Positions 1 through 12,120 of a stretch of 64,000 nt of DNA are shown here, one piece after another (position 1 is the first letter of the stretch; each line of letters begins with the position of its first letter). Below the pieces are notes generated by a model. It was not told where the DNA came from and did not search any database. It worked only from the letters and a program-made list of their open reading frames with translations. A program made the translations under genes and the position numbers. Source of the DNA: Mobula hypostoma (taxonomy: Eukaryota); NCBI RefSeq assembly GCF_963921235.1, contig NC_086097.1:196976001-197040000 (forward strand), in the 5' to 3' direction.

Positions 1-866
1 AGGCTGCTCCACAAGGTGAGGGAAGAGATTGCTGAGCCTCTGGCTAAGATCTTTATGTCCTCGTTGTCCACGGGAATGGTTCCGGAGGATTGGAGGGAGG
101 CAAATGTTGTCCCCTTGTTCAAAAAAGGTAGTGGAGATAGTCTGGGTAATTATAGACCAGTGAGCCTTAAGTCTGTGGTAGGAAAGCTTTTGGAAAAGAT
201 TCTCAGAGATAGGATCTCTGGGCATTTAGAGAATCATGGACTAATCAGGGACAGTCAGCATGGCTTTGTGAAGGGCAGATCATGTCTAACAAGCCTGATA
301 GAGTTCTTTGAGGAGGTGACCAGGCATATAGATGGGGGTAGTGCAGTGGATGTGATCTATATGGATTTTAGTAAGGCATTTGACAATGTTCCACACGGTA
401 GGCTTCTTCAGAAAATCAAAAGGCATAGGATCCAGGGAAGCTTGGTCAGGTGGATTCAGAATTGGCTTGCCTGCAGAAGGCAGAGGGTCGTGGTGGAGGG
501 AGTACATTCAGATTGGAGGATTGTGACGAGTGGTGTCCCACAAGGATTTGTTCTGGGACCTCTACTTTTCGTGATTTTTATTAACGACCTGGATGTGGGG
601 GTAGAAGTGTGGGTTGGCAAGTTTGCAGATGAAACAAAGGTTGGTGGTGTTGTAGATAGTGTAGAGGATTGTCAAAGATTGCAGAGATGTTGATAGGATG
701 CAGAAGTGGGCTGAGAAGTGGCAGATGGAGTTCAACCCGGAGAAGTGTGAGGTGGTACACTTTGGAAGGACAAACTCCAAGGCAGAGTACAAAGTAAATG
801 GCAGGATACTTGGTAGTGTGGAGGAGCAGAGGGATCTGGGGGTACCTGTCCACAGATCCCTGAAAC
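1..866 (+). mobile_element. CR1 LINE ORF2 (reverse transcriptase) fragment
   Basis: GNYRPVSL, QHGFVKGRSC, DFSKAFD, SGVPQG, KFADET motifs; frameshift near 690; truncated at ~866. Confidence 0.95.
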
Positions 867-999
867 GTGATCAGATCTTCATGTAAGTCCTAAAACTAGA
901 TAAAGAGAACCTAATTAAATAATAACACAAAACATCATACCTCTTCATTTATTTATTGAGAAAAATGACCCAATATTGCATGTATTTGTTGGAGGAAGT

Positions 1000-1425
1000 A
1001 TGCACTCCTCCGTGCCTCTGTTCTGTAATACTGCCTTGTCCAATCAATCATAGCAGAAGTCCTGCACCGATTTAACTTCCAAAATGCATCACCTTACTTA
1101 TCTGTATTGAAATCCATTTGCCACTCCTTGTCCCATTACCCTAACTGACCAAAATCCCCCTAACTGACCAAAATCCCCCTGTAAGCTATGATAACTTCTT
1201 CAGTATCAACAGCATCTAATTCTGTGTCATCCTCAAATTTACTGATCAAGCCTTATGCATTTGCATGCAGATTATGTACATCAATAATGAATACTGTAAT
1301 GAGTTTCCCAACACCAACCCTGTGACACCCCACTTGTCACTGGCCTCCAATCTGAGAAAGAACCTTCAGCGACCACCCTCAGCTTCCATCCTTCAAGCCA
1401 ATTTTGAATTCACCTAACGAGCCAT
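1000..1425 (-). mobile_element. Degraded CR1 RT fragment
   Basis: Reverse complement resembles other CR1 RT segments in this window (aatccatttgccac, tgtcatcctcaaatttact, gtcactggcctccaatctga). Confidence 0.6.
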
Positions 1426-1959
1426 TACAGATTTTAAAAGACTTTAAAAGTGTGCCACAATTCACCTTCCAGTATAAAAACTAATCTTTCTTGTTATTAG
1501 CCATGCTGTGCCTGGTTGTTATCCATCGCATCTGACAATGACTGGAAACCTGTGCCGGATAGTTTTTCAAATGGAAAAACCATTACACTGGATCAGTTCC
1601 ACTCTCTCGTCCTCAGAAAACTGGTCCAGTGGTATGAGCAAGCGTCACAAACTGGTGTCTTCGTTGGTTGCAGTGGATGACAAACATTCTCTGTGTCTTG
1701 TCATGCCCTTTGCTCTCCATGGAGCGTTGCAGTACCGTCTTCCTAGCGTTGGATCTTAACTATAGATCTCATCTGTCCCGTCCATCAGAGCTAACTTTGC
1801 ATGCTAGGACAGACATGTTCCTAACTCAACTGGCTAAGCGGCTGCCAGCTACCCTCATCCGTTTAGCCTGCCTGTCAAAGTCGTGGCTATTGCATGCATA
1901 CAGCTCCCTGAAGCCACACAAGAGCCGAGTGTCCATTGGGGATGGAAGGTGACAGAGCT

Positions 1960-2560
1960 ACTCCAGAATAAATACAATAAGCCCATTCACTAGAGGTGAT
2001 ACCCTGAGTACCCCATATACCCCTGGAGGTGCTGTGCCTATCCTTTTCACAAGTTTCAAATGATTTTTGATTCTCATAAATATTCCTCTATTGAATCTTG
2101 GTGCACTTCTTTCTCCAGAACTAGATCCAAAAATACTTCTAGCCTTATTAGAATGGAAACAAATCTCTAGTGAATTAACCTGGACACGTAAAAACTTTTC
2201 ATTCTCCCTGTCTTTAACTATTACAATCCCATCATTAAGGGGTCCGATTACAACCAATGGTTTTGTAATCTTACAAAATTTCCTGTATACTTGTTCATCC
2301 ATTTCACTTCATTTATTTGGTGATCTATATGATAATCCAACAATAAAGATTTTGTCTTTAAGTGCCCTTGATATACTCTTTCTCCAGCACTGGAATAATC
2401 TCTTCAATCAATAATCTCTATCCATTTTATATCCAAAAATATCTACTGTCATGCCCTGCACCTCCTTAAGGCAACTTTCCATCATTTCCATTTCATATTC
2501 TTGCACATCTATTTGTGCCTGTCATTTACCAACCTTATTTGGCATACTGTGAGCTTTCAT
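1960..2560 (-). mobile_element. Degraded CR1 endonuclease-region fragment
   Basis: Similar by eye to the CR1 EN region at 6600-7450 in this window. Confidence 0.55.
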
Positions 2561-3297
2561 ATGAATCAAATTATTTCATTTGTACTTTGACCTTAGTAAA
2601 ATCCTTATACTGACCTAAACTAAAGTGAATTCTTTACTCTAATCATTTTGCCTTTAATTTTATCTTATTGTTTTCCTTGCTCTCAGTGGTTGTTGGTGCA
2701 TTCTTGTGCTTTCCCCAAAACACACTCGTTTTCATTAACCATTATCATTTCAGCGTTTTCACAAGTCTCCATTTGTTTTGTCTCTAACAGACCTCATTAA
2801 TTTATCAATGCAGCAGTTTCTAAACAACATTTCATATCATTTTTTGACCTACCCTGTCAGATATCCCCTTTGTCCTATTTGTTCATCCCATCCCCTCTCT
2901 ATTTTAAAACTTCCAGATCTAATAAAGGGTCTTTGGCCTAAAACATTGAGCGAGCTGTCTGACCTACTGAGTGTGTTTAACATCGTTTGGTTTTATTACA
3001 ATTTTTCTTTAATGTTTTAACAGTCATGCTTTGCAAGCTTCACTCTAGCTTAGTTGAAGTGGTAAAGTCATCCACATCAAAACAAAGGCCATCGCTGACA
3101 CATTAACTCTTTCCAAGGCTGTTACCTCACCTTTTAAAAATTTCCTGCATTTTCTATTTCCAGTATATGCATTATTTCAGTTTTGTATTCATTCTCATTC
3201 ACATCATGAACTGATAGAACTGTGATCCAGAGACAACCTTGCCATAGTCTGAGATAACTTGCTCCCCCTGAGAATCAAGGTAGTGAGCAGAAGAGCA

Positions 3298-3451
3298 ACA
3301 CACACTCAAAAATGCTGGAGGAACTCAGCAGGCCAGGCAGCATCTATAGGGAAAAGAGTCTTTTCCATAGATGCTGCCTAGCCCACTGAGTTCCTCCAGC
3401 ATTTTGTGTGTGATACTTGGATTTCCAGCATCAGCAGATTTTCTCCTGTTT
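3298..3451. mobile_element. Fold-back Penelope-derived short element
   Basis: Inverted arms (atgctggaggaactcag...ctgagttcctccagcat); 15-bp TSD GTGAGCAGAAGAGCA at 3283-3297 and 3452-3466. Confidence 0.8.
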
Positions 3452-4581
3452 GTGAGCAGAAGAGCAGTTAATTCCCCAAATAGATGGAACTATTCAACAA
3501 CATGCCCTTGAATTCATTGTTGGTACTGATACACATTTTTGCCCTTCCTCTTACAGACCTGGAGTTGGGTCAGCATGCCATTATTTTAAAGTCTGGAGTT
3601 ATTTCAAGTTTGTAAGTGTAATGAAAACTACAGAATTCCGATGGACACATTTGGAGGAAGATGGAGAAATGAGGAAAATGTCTACTACAAACTGACTTTC
3701 TCACCAGTGAAGTTATTTTAAAATATTGTAGTAAATCCTTAAATTTGGCTGCCCATAGAAATTTGCCTCCATCTGTGTTTTGCTCCACAGCAGCAGGCAA
3801 GTCATGAGACTAACCAATACCAGGCATAGCTACATATTCCACTCCCACCCCCCCACCCAGCAAATTTTCTCACTGTGGTGTTTCATCTTGTCTCTTGGAG
3901 GTTCTCTTCAGAAATAATGGCAGGTGGTCAACCTATGGCAAACACACTCAGAACCAAAAGTAGCAGAATACAGACAGTGTGCTTTTTGCGTGTTCGTTAT
4001 GGCTGAGCTCTAAGACATTGCTCTAAGACGTTGTGGGCCTCTTTCTGTTATTTAGTGCATTGCTATATTTACTTTAATAGATATCTTAAAGGATTTGCCA
4101 AGAGATGTACAAAAGAATTCTCATGAACAACTACAGATGCACTATAGAAAATAACCTGACAAGTCTCAGCTTGGTATAGCAACTGCTCTACTCTGGCCTG
4201 CTGGAACCTGCAGATACTGGTAAACACAACCCAGTACATGCCACATCTCTCCATCTTGACTATCTTCACAATGCATTTATGCAGTAAGGCAAATAGTATA
4301 ATCAATAATATCTGATAACCTAGCCACTCCCTTTTCTCCGCTACCTTCTGGGAGAAAATACTTAAGCTTGAAAGCCCAACTGTCAAGATGTAAAAACAGC
4401 TTTTTTTCCCCATTGTTATCAGACTTCTGAGTCAATCAGCTGTTTCACATGTCCATCCTGGTTCTGCTGCCATATTCTTCAATCTCTCTTCCTTATTCTA
4501 TTATTGTCACTTTAGAATTTCTTTTTGCATCATAATGCACTTTGTGCTCATTGCTGGATTACCTTGTCTTACTGTTTATTT

Positions 4582-7500
4582 ACCATATAACCAGTTAACA
4601 ATTACAGCACAGAAACAGGCCAACTTGGCCCTTCTAGTCCGTACCGAACACTTACTCTCTCCTAGTCCCACCGACCTGCACTCAGCCCATAACCCTCCAT
4701 TCCTTTCCTGTCCATATAGCTATCCAATTTAACTTTAAATGACAACATCAAACCTGCCTCTACCACTTCTGTTGGAAGCTCATTCCACACAGCTACCACT
4801 GTCTGAGTAAAGAAGTTTCCCCCTTCTGTTACCCCTAAACCTTTGCCCCCTAACTTTCAACTCATGTCCTATTGTTTGAATTTCCCCTACTCTCAATGGA
4901 AAAAGCCTATCCACGTCAACTCTATCCATCCCTCTCATAATTTTCAATACCTCTATCAAGTCCCCCCTCAACCTTCTACGCTCCAAAGAATAAAGCCCAA
5001 CTTGTTTAACCTTTCTCTGTAACTTAGGTGCTGCAACCCAGGTGACATTCTAGTAAATCTTCTCTGTACTCTCTCTATTTTGTTGACATCTTTCCTATAA
5101 TTTGGTGACCAGAACTGTACACAATACTCCAAATTTGGCCTTACCAATGCCTTGTACAATTTTAACATTACATCCCAACTCCTATACTCAATTGTCTGAT
5201 TTATCAAGGCCAGCATAACAAAAGCTTTCTTCACCACCCTATCCACATGAGATTCCACCTTCAGGGAACTATGCACCATTATTCCTAGATTCCTCTGTTC
5301 TACTGCATTCTTCAATGCCCTACCATTTACCATGTATGTCCTATTTTGATTAGTTGTACCAAAATGTAGCACCTCACATTTATCAGCATTAAATTCCATC
5401 TGCTAACCTTCAGCCCACTTTTCTAACTGGCCTAAATCTCTCTGCAAGCTTTAAAAACCTACTTCATTATCCACAACGCCACCTATCTTAGTATCATCTG
5501 CATACTTACTAATCCAATTTACCACCCCATTATCCAGATCATTAATGTATACGACAAACAACATTGGACCCAGTACAGATCCCTGAGGCACACCACGAGT
5601 CACCGGCCTCCAATCTGACAAACAGTTATCCACCACTACTCTTTGACGTCTCCCATCCAGTCACTGTTGAATCCATTTTACTACTTCAATATTAATACCT
5701 AACGATTGAACCTTCCTAACTAACCTTCGGTGTGGAACCTCGTCAAAGGCCTTTCTGAAGTCCATATAGACAACATCCACCGCTTTACCCTCGTCAACTT
5801 TCCCAGTAATCCTTCAAAAAATTCAATTAAGATTTGTCAAACATGACCTTCCATGCACAAATCCATGTTGACTGTTCCAAATCAGACCCTGTCTATCCAG
5901 AGAATTATATATACCACCTCTAAGAACACTTTCCATCAATTTACCCACCACTGACATCGAACTCAGAGGCCGATAATTGCTAGGTTTACTCTTAGAACCC
6001 TTTTTAAACAATGGAACAACATGAGCAATACGCCAATCCTCTGGCACCATCCCTGTCTCTAATGACATTTGAAATATTTCTGTCAGAGCCCCTGCTATTT
6101 CTGCACTAACTTCCCTCAAGGTCCGAGGGAATATCTGGTCAGGACCCGCAGACTTATCCACTTTTATATTCCTTAAGAGCGCTAGTACCTCCTCTTCTTT
6201 AATCATCATACTTTTCATAACTTCCCTACCTGTTTCCTTTACCTTATACAATTCAATATCCTTCTCCTTAGTGAATACTAAGGAAAAGATATTGTTCAAG
6301 ATCTCCCCCATCTCTTTCGGTTCCACACATAACTGTCCACTCTGATTCTTTAAGGGACCAATTTTATCCCTCACTATCCTTTTGCTATTAATATAACTGT
6401 AGAAACCCTTTGGATTTATTTTCACCCTACTTGCCAAAGCAATCTCGTATCTTTTAGCTTTTCTAATTTCTTTCTTAAGATTCTTTTTACATTCTTTATA
6501 TTCCTCGAGCACCTCATTTACTCTATGCCGCCTATATTTATTGTAGATATCTCTCTTTTTCTGAACCAAGTTTCCAATATCCCTTGAAAATTATAGCTCT
6601 CTCAAACTTTTAACCTTTCCGTTCAACCTTACAGAATCTTCATGTTCCTGTTCCCTCAAAATTTCACCTTTAAATGATCTCCATTTCTCTATTACATCCT
6701 TCTCATAAAACAAATTGTCCCAATCCACTCCTTCTAAATACTTTCGCATCTCTTCAAAGTTAGCCTTTCTCCAATCAAAAATCTCAACCCTGGGTCCAGA
6801 CCTATCCTTCTCCATAATTATACTGAAATAAATGACATTGTGATCACTGGACCCGAAGTGCTCCCCAACACATACCTCCATCACCTGACCTATCTCATTC
6901 CCTAACAAGAGATCCAACACTGCCCCTTCTCTAGTTGGCACCTCTATGTATTGCTGCAAAAAACTATCCTGCACACATTTTACAAACTCCAATCCATCCA
7001 GCCCTTTTACAGTATGGGCTTCCCAGTCTATGTGTGGAAAATTAAAATCTCCCACAATCACAACCTTGTGCTTACCACAAATATCTGCTATCTCCTTACA
7101 AATTTGCTCCTCCAATTCTCACTTCCCATTTGTGGTCTACAATACACCCCCATGAGAGTTACTACACCTTTCCCATTCCTCAATTCCACCCAAATAGCCT
7201 CCCTAGACGATCCCTCTAATCTATCCTCCCAGAGCACTGCTGTAATATTTTCTCTGACAAGCAATGCAACACCTTCCCCTCTTGTCCCTCCGATTCTATC
7301 ACACCTGAAGCAATGAAATCCAGGAATATTTAGTTGCCAATCACACCCCTCCTGAAACCATGTTTCACTAATAGCTACCACATCATACTCCCCGGTATCA
7401 ATCCATGCTTTTAAGCTCATCCACCTTTCTTATATGCTCCTAGCATTAAAATAAAAGCATTTAAGAAAATTTCCACCTCTTACTCTCTGTTTATCACTAA

Positions 7501-8655
7501 TGGTGCAAACAATTTTACTATTTTCTTTTTCTTCCTTCTCCCCTACATCTGTTCCTACACTCTGGTTCCCCTCCCCTTGTATCTAGTTTAAATCCACTGG
7601 AGCCTCTCTAGCAAACCTACCTGCAAGAATATTTGTCCCCCTCCAGTTCAGATGTAGACTGTCCCACTGGAACCGGTCCCACCTTCCGTGGAAAACTGCC
7701 CAATTATCTATAAATCTGAAGCCCTCCCTCCTGCACCAGGTCTTCAGCCATGTGTTGATCTGTGCTATCTTACTATTTCTAGAACCTGCCTGCACGTGGC
7801 ACTGGTAGCAATCCTGAGATTGCTATCCTGGAGGTCCTGTCCTTTAACTTGGCGCCTAACTCCCTAAACTCACCTTTCAGGACCTCCTCACTCTTCCTAC
7901 CCACGTCATTGGTCCCTACATGGACCACGACATCTGGCTGCTCACCCTCCCTCTTGAGAATACTGAGAACTCAATCCGAGTTATCCCGGATCTTGGCACC
8001 AGGGAGGCAACAGATCATCCGGGATTCTCGATCTCTTTCACAGAACCTCTTATCTGTCCACCTAACTATCAAATCCCCTATCACTACTGCTCTTCTCTTT
8101 TCCCTCCTTCCCTTCTGAGCTGAGGGTCCTGTCTCGGTGCCAGAGACGCAACCGCAACTTGTCCCTGGTAGGTCATCCCCATCAACAGTATCCAAAATGA
8201 TATATTATTGGTGGGAACGGCCACAGGGATGCCCTGCTCACTCTGTCTATTCCCATTAACTCTCCTGACAATATTCCAGCTACCTGTCTCCTGACTCTTA
8301 AGGGTGACTATCTCTCTGTAACTCCTGTTTTTTTCTGCCTCTGCCTCATGAATGATCCCAAGTTCATCCAGCTGCAGCTCCAGTACCTTAACCCGATTTG
8401 TCAGGAGCTGCAGCTGGATGCACCTTTTACGGGTGTAGTCATCAGGGACAATTGTGCTCGCCCTGATTTCCCACATACTGCAAACGGAGCACTCGACTGT
8501 CCAAACTGCTGCCTCCATTACCTACTCCTAAGGTAATTTAATTAATTAAAGGAACTTACCCAGCCTTACCTCACTTGGAGTGAAGCTCGTCCGTCAGCCT
8601 CTGCTTGCCAAAGCCTCTCGAGCCAAAGCCTTCCTACTCTGTCTCCTAATACTCC
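4582..8655 (-). mobile_element. Near full-length CR1 LINE (ORF1 zinc finger + SGNH esterase-like; ORF2 EN-RT), multiply disrupted
   Basis: ORF1 pieces VECSVCSMWE, VVIGDLIVR, DSLHLN (7583-8518); EN pieces ISETW, GDFNFP, SSDHN; RT pieces NYRPLS, GVPQGSVLGP, KYADDT; microsatellite-like 3' tail near 4585. Confidence 0.95.
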
Positions 8656-9344
8656 ATAGTGGTCATTTTATGACCTTTAATCTGAATCCCAGGAACTATA
8701 ATAAAGGCGGATGTCGATAAAGAAACTCATCAACCCTTCAGGTACTGGAATAGTCTCTGGTCAATGGTGGAAAAGATTATCTGGGATGTAACACCTTTGG
8801 CCAGGTACAAAACTGATTGTCTAAAGGGAAACTGTGATCCCTATTCTCCAAAATGTTTCTGACAAATTCCACCAACACTGCCTTCTCAAAATCCTCCAAA
8901 TTCACTGGAAATAGTAGAGAAAAAAAATTTCGGCATCCTCTTCTTGGCCAAAATACTAGCAGTGATTCTCTTTTGACCCTCATTTTACTCTGTTGGGCAG
9001 CCCATATTGTTTTCATGCTGGATTCCAGTCTCCCAAAGCCGTCCATCCTGAATTCTGCCATGGGAGATTACCGCTTGGCCAGAAGGAATAATTCATGAAT
9101 GTACTCAAAGCTTTCTTGATGACGTGTAACATTCCTAGTGTCTCCTGGAAACCTCTGACCCATGATGGAGAAGCACTTTGGCTGCTATAGTATTGAGAAG
9201 TTCAACAGTGTAGTTGGTGGGAGGCCCTCCTTACCTGACAAATTACCACTCTGTCCACAAGCCTGCGGTTTCTGCTAAGCTGTATCACAATTCGCAAAAT
9301 CAAGTCATCTTTTACCCAGAACCTGTAGAGTTAAAAATACACTT

Positions 9345-10680
9345 GGACTAAGATGTTAACTGTCCTGTGCTATCACCAGTGGGATCATCAGTTGATCTGC
9401 CACCTGTCTTCAGGAGTTTCGGCCTGCTTATGATCAAGACTCCCTCGAGGTGGTGGGCCAGCAGGGCTAAGCACCACCTCCCACTGGTGAGCTTAAAAAC
9501 TTGGCATCTGCCTCTATCAGTCACTTCCATCCAACAGATAGTCTGCTCTTCAGGTGTCTATGCAACTACTGAAGGGTTTGCAAGATATGTATACACTGTC
9601 TGACTATCTGACCCTCTGGACGTACTTGGTCCACACCCATGCTGATCCTTTCTCTGCTGCCTCAGCTACAGCCCTGCTGGTTGACTTGATCTCTCTTCTC
9701 GTGAGGCCAGGGTCACGCAGCCACTTGTGGAAAGTGAACGCAATAAACCCATGGCAGCCTACTTCAAATGGATAACATGAGACCTTCCACCCTCTGTCTC
9801 TGCACTCTGATCTTAATTCAGCATACTTGGTTAACTTGCGCTCACGGGCTTCATCGATGTTGTCTTCCCAGGGGACTGTGAGTTCACCAATAACCACTTC
9901 TCTGCTGGTGTCAGACCATATGATTATATCTGGACGCAATGTTGTGAAAGCTATTTTCTCCGGGAAACTGCCTTTCCCGTCCAGGTCAGCCTTGACACAC
10001 CAATCATTGGCTGAAGAAAGTATGCTTGATCGCGAGCCTGCGCTGTACACCCTTGAATTGGAGCCTTCTTTCACAAATGATATGCGATGTTCTGTGCAGC
10101 ATGGGGCGTGAGATAAGTTGTGCTGCAGTGCTCTCTGCTCAACTGTTTCTGTCACAACTTTGAGAACGTTGTTATGTCTCCAAGTGTACCTGCTGCTGGA
10201 AAGATTGACTCTGCATGCACTCAAAATATGTTGAAGTGTTCCCTTCTCACCACAAGCAGCACACCTGTCTGTCTTATCTTCATACCAGGTGCTGAGGTTG
10301 GCAGGTGTTGGGAGCAGATCATACGCTGTTCTGCATAGAAAAGAAATGCCGAGTGGTTCCATCTGCCATGGAACATTCCAAGATAGATGTCGTTGTTCAA
10401 CATTTTCCCACCAGGTCCAAGCCCCTTGTTTGGCCAGGCCAGCTGTTTTAGCTAACCTCTTCTCCTCTTCTACCTCTCGTACTTCTTGTGTTACAAGCCC
10501 ACGGCGCTCCTTACCTGTAGAAGATGACCACCACTTGTGGGTTGTCCATCCAAGTCCCTAGCGGCCCAGCAGGATAGCCCCAACCGTCTCCCTGTGCTTC
10601 AATCTGGACTCTGCCTCATCAATTGCTACACGGGCTGACCACTTCCTGCCTGATCTCACATCCGGCTGGGTGTTCTTGAG
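9345..10680 (-). mobile_element. 5'-truncated non-LTR retrotransposon with restriction-like endonuclease (HERO-like, R2/NeSL group)
   Basis: ORF 9604-10362 has a CCHC knuckle CAACGEKGTLQHILSAC, WRHN and RPDIIIWS...ELTVPWE...ERKLTKY...EVG (PD-(D/E) REL domain). The upstream in-frame GRKW...GLGW segment is interrupted by a stop near 10558. 3' UTR ~9345-9603. Confidence 0.88.
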
Positions 10681-11202
10681 TATAAGAACCATCAGCAACT
10701 TGAGGAATGAATAGGGCCATTCTATTCAATATTCTGTCATTTTCACACAAGAAGAATTTAACTGGAGTTTCACATTTTTGGAGTTTGTGTTGTAATTAGA
10801 ACAAGCTATGAAAGGTAAAATACCAGTACTGTACCTAATGTCACTACTAATTATTCAGCAAAACCCCTTACATTTGCTCTTTCGTTGACCGCCCACCAAT
10901 GGAACCATTTATTTGATTTTAAAAGACATTACAGTTTTGAGCATTTATTAGGTCTTGTAAAGCTGTATGCCTTCACTTAGGTTTCTTATCCCTGGTGCTA
11001 CTGGAGTATTTTTACTGCACCTTATCCTCAAGCTCTCTGCCCAAAACTCAACTTTGCCTGAATTCCGGAAAGAGTTGCTATAAATTTTCTTGCATGTATA
11101 TTGAATGTTACTATTAATATCAATAACTAGCTTGACAGCCCTGTCAAAGATTCAGTGAAAAATTCGGAGCTCCGTTGAAACCTTACAAGACCTGTGTGAG
11201 AA

Positions 11203-11285
11203 ATACGAGAAGATCTGCAACTGCTGGAAATCCAAAGCAAGACACACAAAATGTTGGAAGGAACTCAGCAGGCCAAGCAAGACCT
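11203..11285 (-). mobile_element. Penelope-derived short repeat fragment upstream of the USP14 promoter
   Basis: tctgcaactgctggaaatccaaagcaagacacacaaaatgttggaaggaactcagcagg, the same family as the 3298 and 27834 copies. Confidence 0.7.
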
Positions 11286-11379
11286 GGATGAGGACTGGTA
11301 GAAACCAAGGTGAATTTCGAGCACGAACTTTCCTGGTGATAAAATCTGATACATGTTTGGAAGAAAGAAATCGGACAAA

Positions 11380-12120
11380 AACAACAGCACAGTATATTTG
11401 GCGGATGCCCGACTGTTACACAGAAGTGCATTAGTCACGCCCCTAATCTCATGATCCCACAAATTTGGAATCGAAAACTCGTCCTTCCACCAGCAAGTGT
11501 CCGACCTTGCGCATGGAACGCCGATAAATCGATCGCTGGCAGGCAGGGCAGTGGCGAGGAGAGCGGCGCGCAAGCGCAGTAGAGAGACGTTTTGAATGAG
11601 GCCGAGCGTGGGCGAGGTTGCCCGTCAATTCCTGCAGCAGCAGCAGCGCCTGGTGGCAAAATGCCTGTCTTTACAGGTAGGCCCGGCCCTGCCTGGGATC
11701 CGAGTTAAGACACTAGCTTTTATTTTCTTAGAACAGGGTAGAAAGCACGCTCTCGGCCTCGGAAGCCCAGGAGCTGGCCTTCTCAGTGTTCGGGTGCTCC
11801 CTTCACGTGTCAGCGGGCCGTGCCGCGCCGGGGAGGCCGTGAGTTTGGGGGTGCGGGGTGCGGGATGTCTGGTGGCAGTGACTGAGGTGTGTTATAGCAA
11901 CTAAGTGGAGTTTATCTTTACTTTGTAGTTGAGACGGAGAATCCTGGACAATTGTGTTCAATGCATTTTATTCTCCACGCGTTTGCTGTGTTTATTTGTT
12001 TTCCGTGTGTTTATTCATATAATTTGTTGCGGAGAGTGTACCCGCCTCGATTTCCTTCAAACTTGTCATTTGCAGATCTGCCACAATGATTGTGCAGAAA
12101 CCTGTGTCCCGGCCGCTATT
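11380..12120 (+). promoter_or_regulatory. CpG-island-like promoter / first exon region of USP14
   Basis: Marked rise in CpG and GC content against the AT-rich background; NRF1-like TGCGCATG (~11508) and GCGCAAGCGC (~11568); short CAG run just before the ATG. The transcription start site cannot be determined. Confidence 0.75.
11661..11676 (+). CDS. USP14: USP14 coding exon 1 (MPVFT + first base of V)
   Basis: GCAAA-ATG CCT GTC TTT ACA G|gtagg within a CpG-rich region; splices in frame to exon 2; resembles the vertebrate USP14 N-terminus (MPLYSV). Confidence 0.9.

Noticed and set aside
1..866. Near-identity to ~62239-63115, suggesting a segmental duplication
   Set aside because: The similarity is confined to CR1 RT sequence and the flank after 866 differs; these are two copies of one young subfamily.
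867..1010. Possible Tc1-like terminal fragment
   Set aside because: Only a vague resemblance, with no partner inverted repeat or TSD.
1139..1180. 20-bp tandem duplication CCTAACTGACCAAAATCCCC
   Set aside because: A simple slippage duplication inside a dead CR1; not an array.
1500..1960. Probable LINE UTR-like repeat with short ORFs
   Set aside because: The family cannot be assigned and there is no coding motif.
8760..9250. Possible Tigger/pogo transposase remnant (EDFEKAVLVEF, - strand)
   Set aside because: The resemblance is too weak and no terminal inverted repeats were found; it needs a profile search.
11596..11904. 102-aa ORF, and the antisense ORFs at 11183-11659, as separate genes
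   Set aside because: These are GC-rich promoter-region ORFs with no recognisable homology; only the spliced uORF reading is kept.
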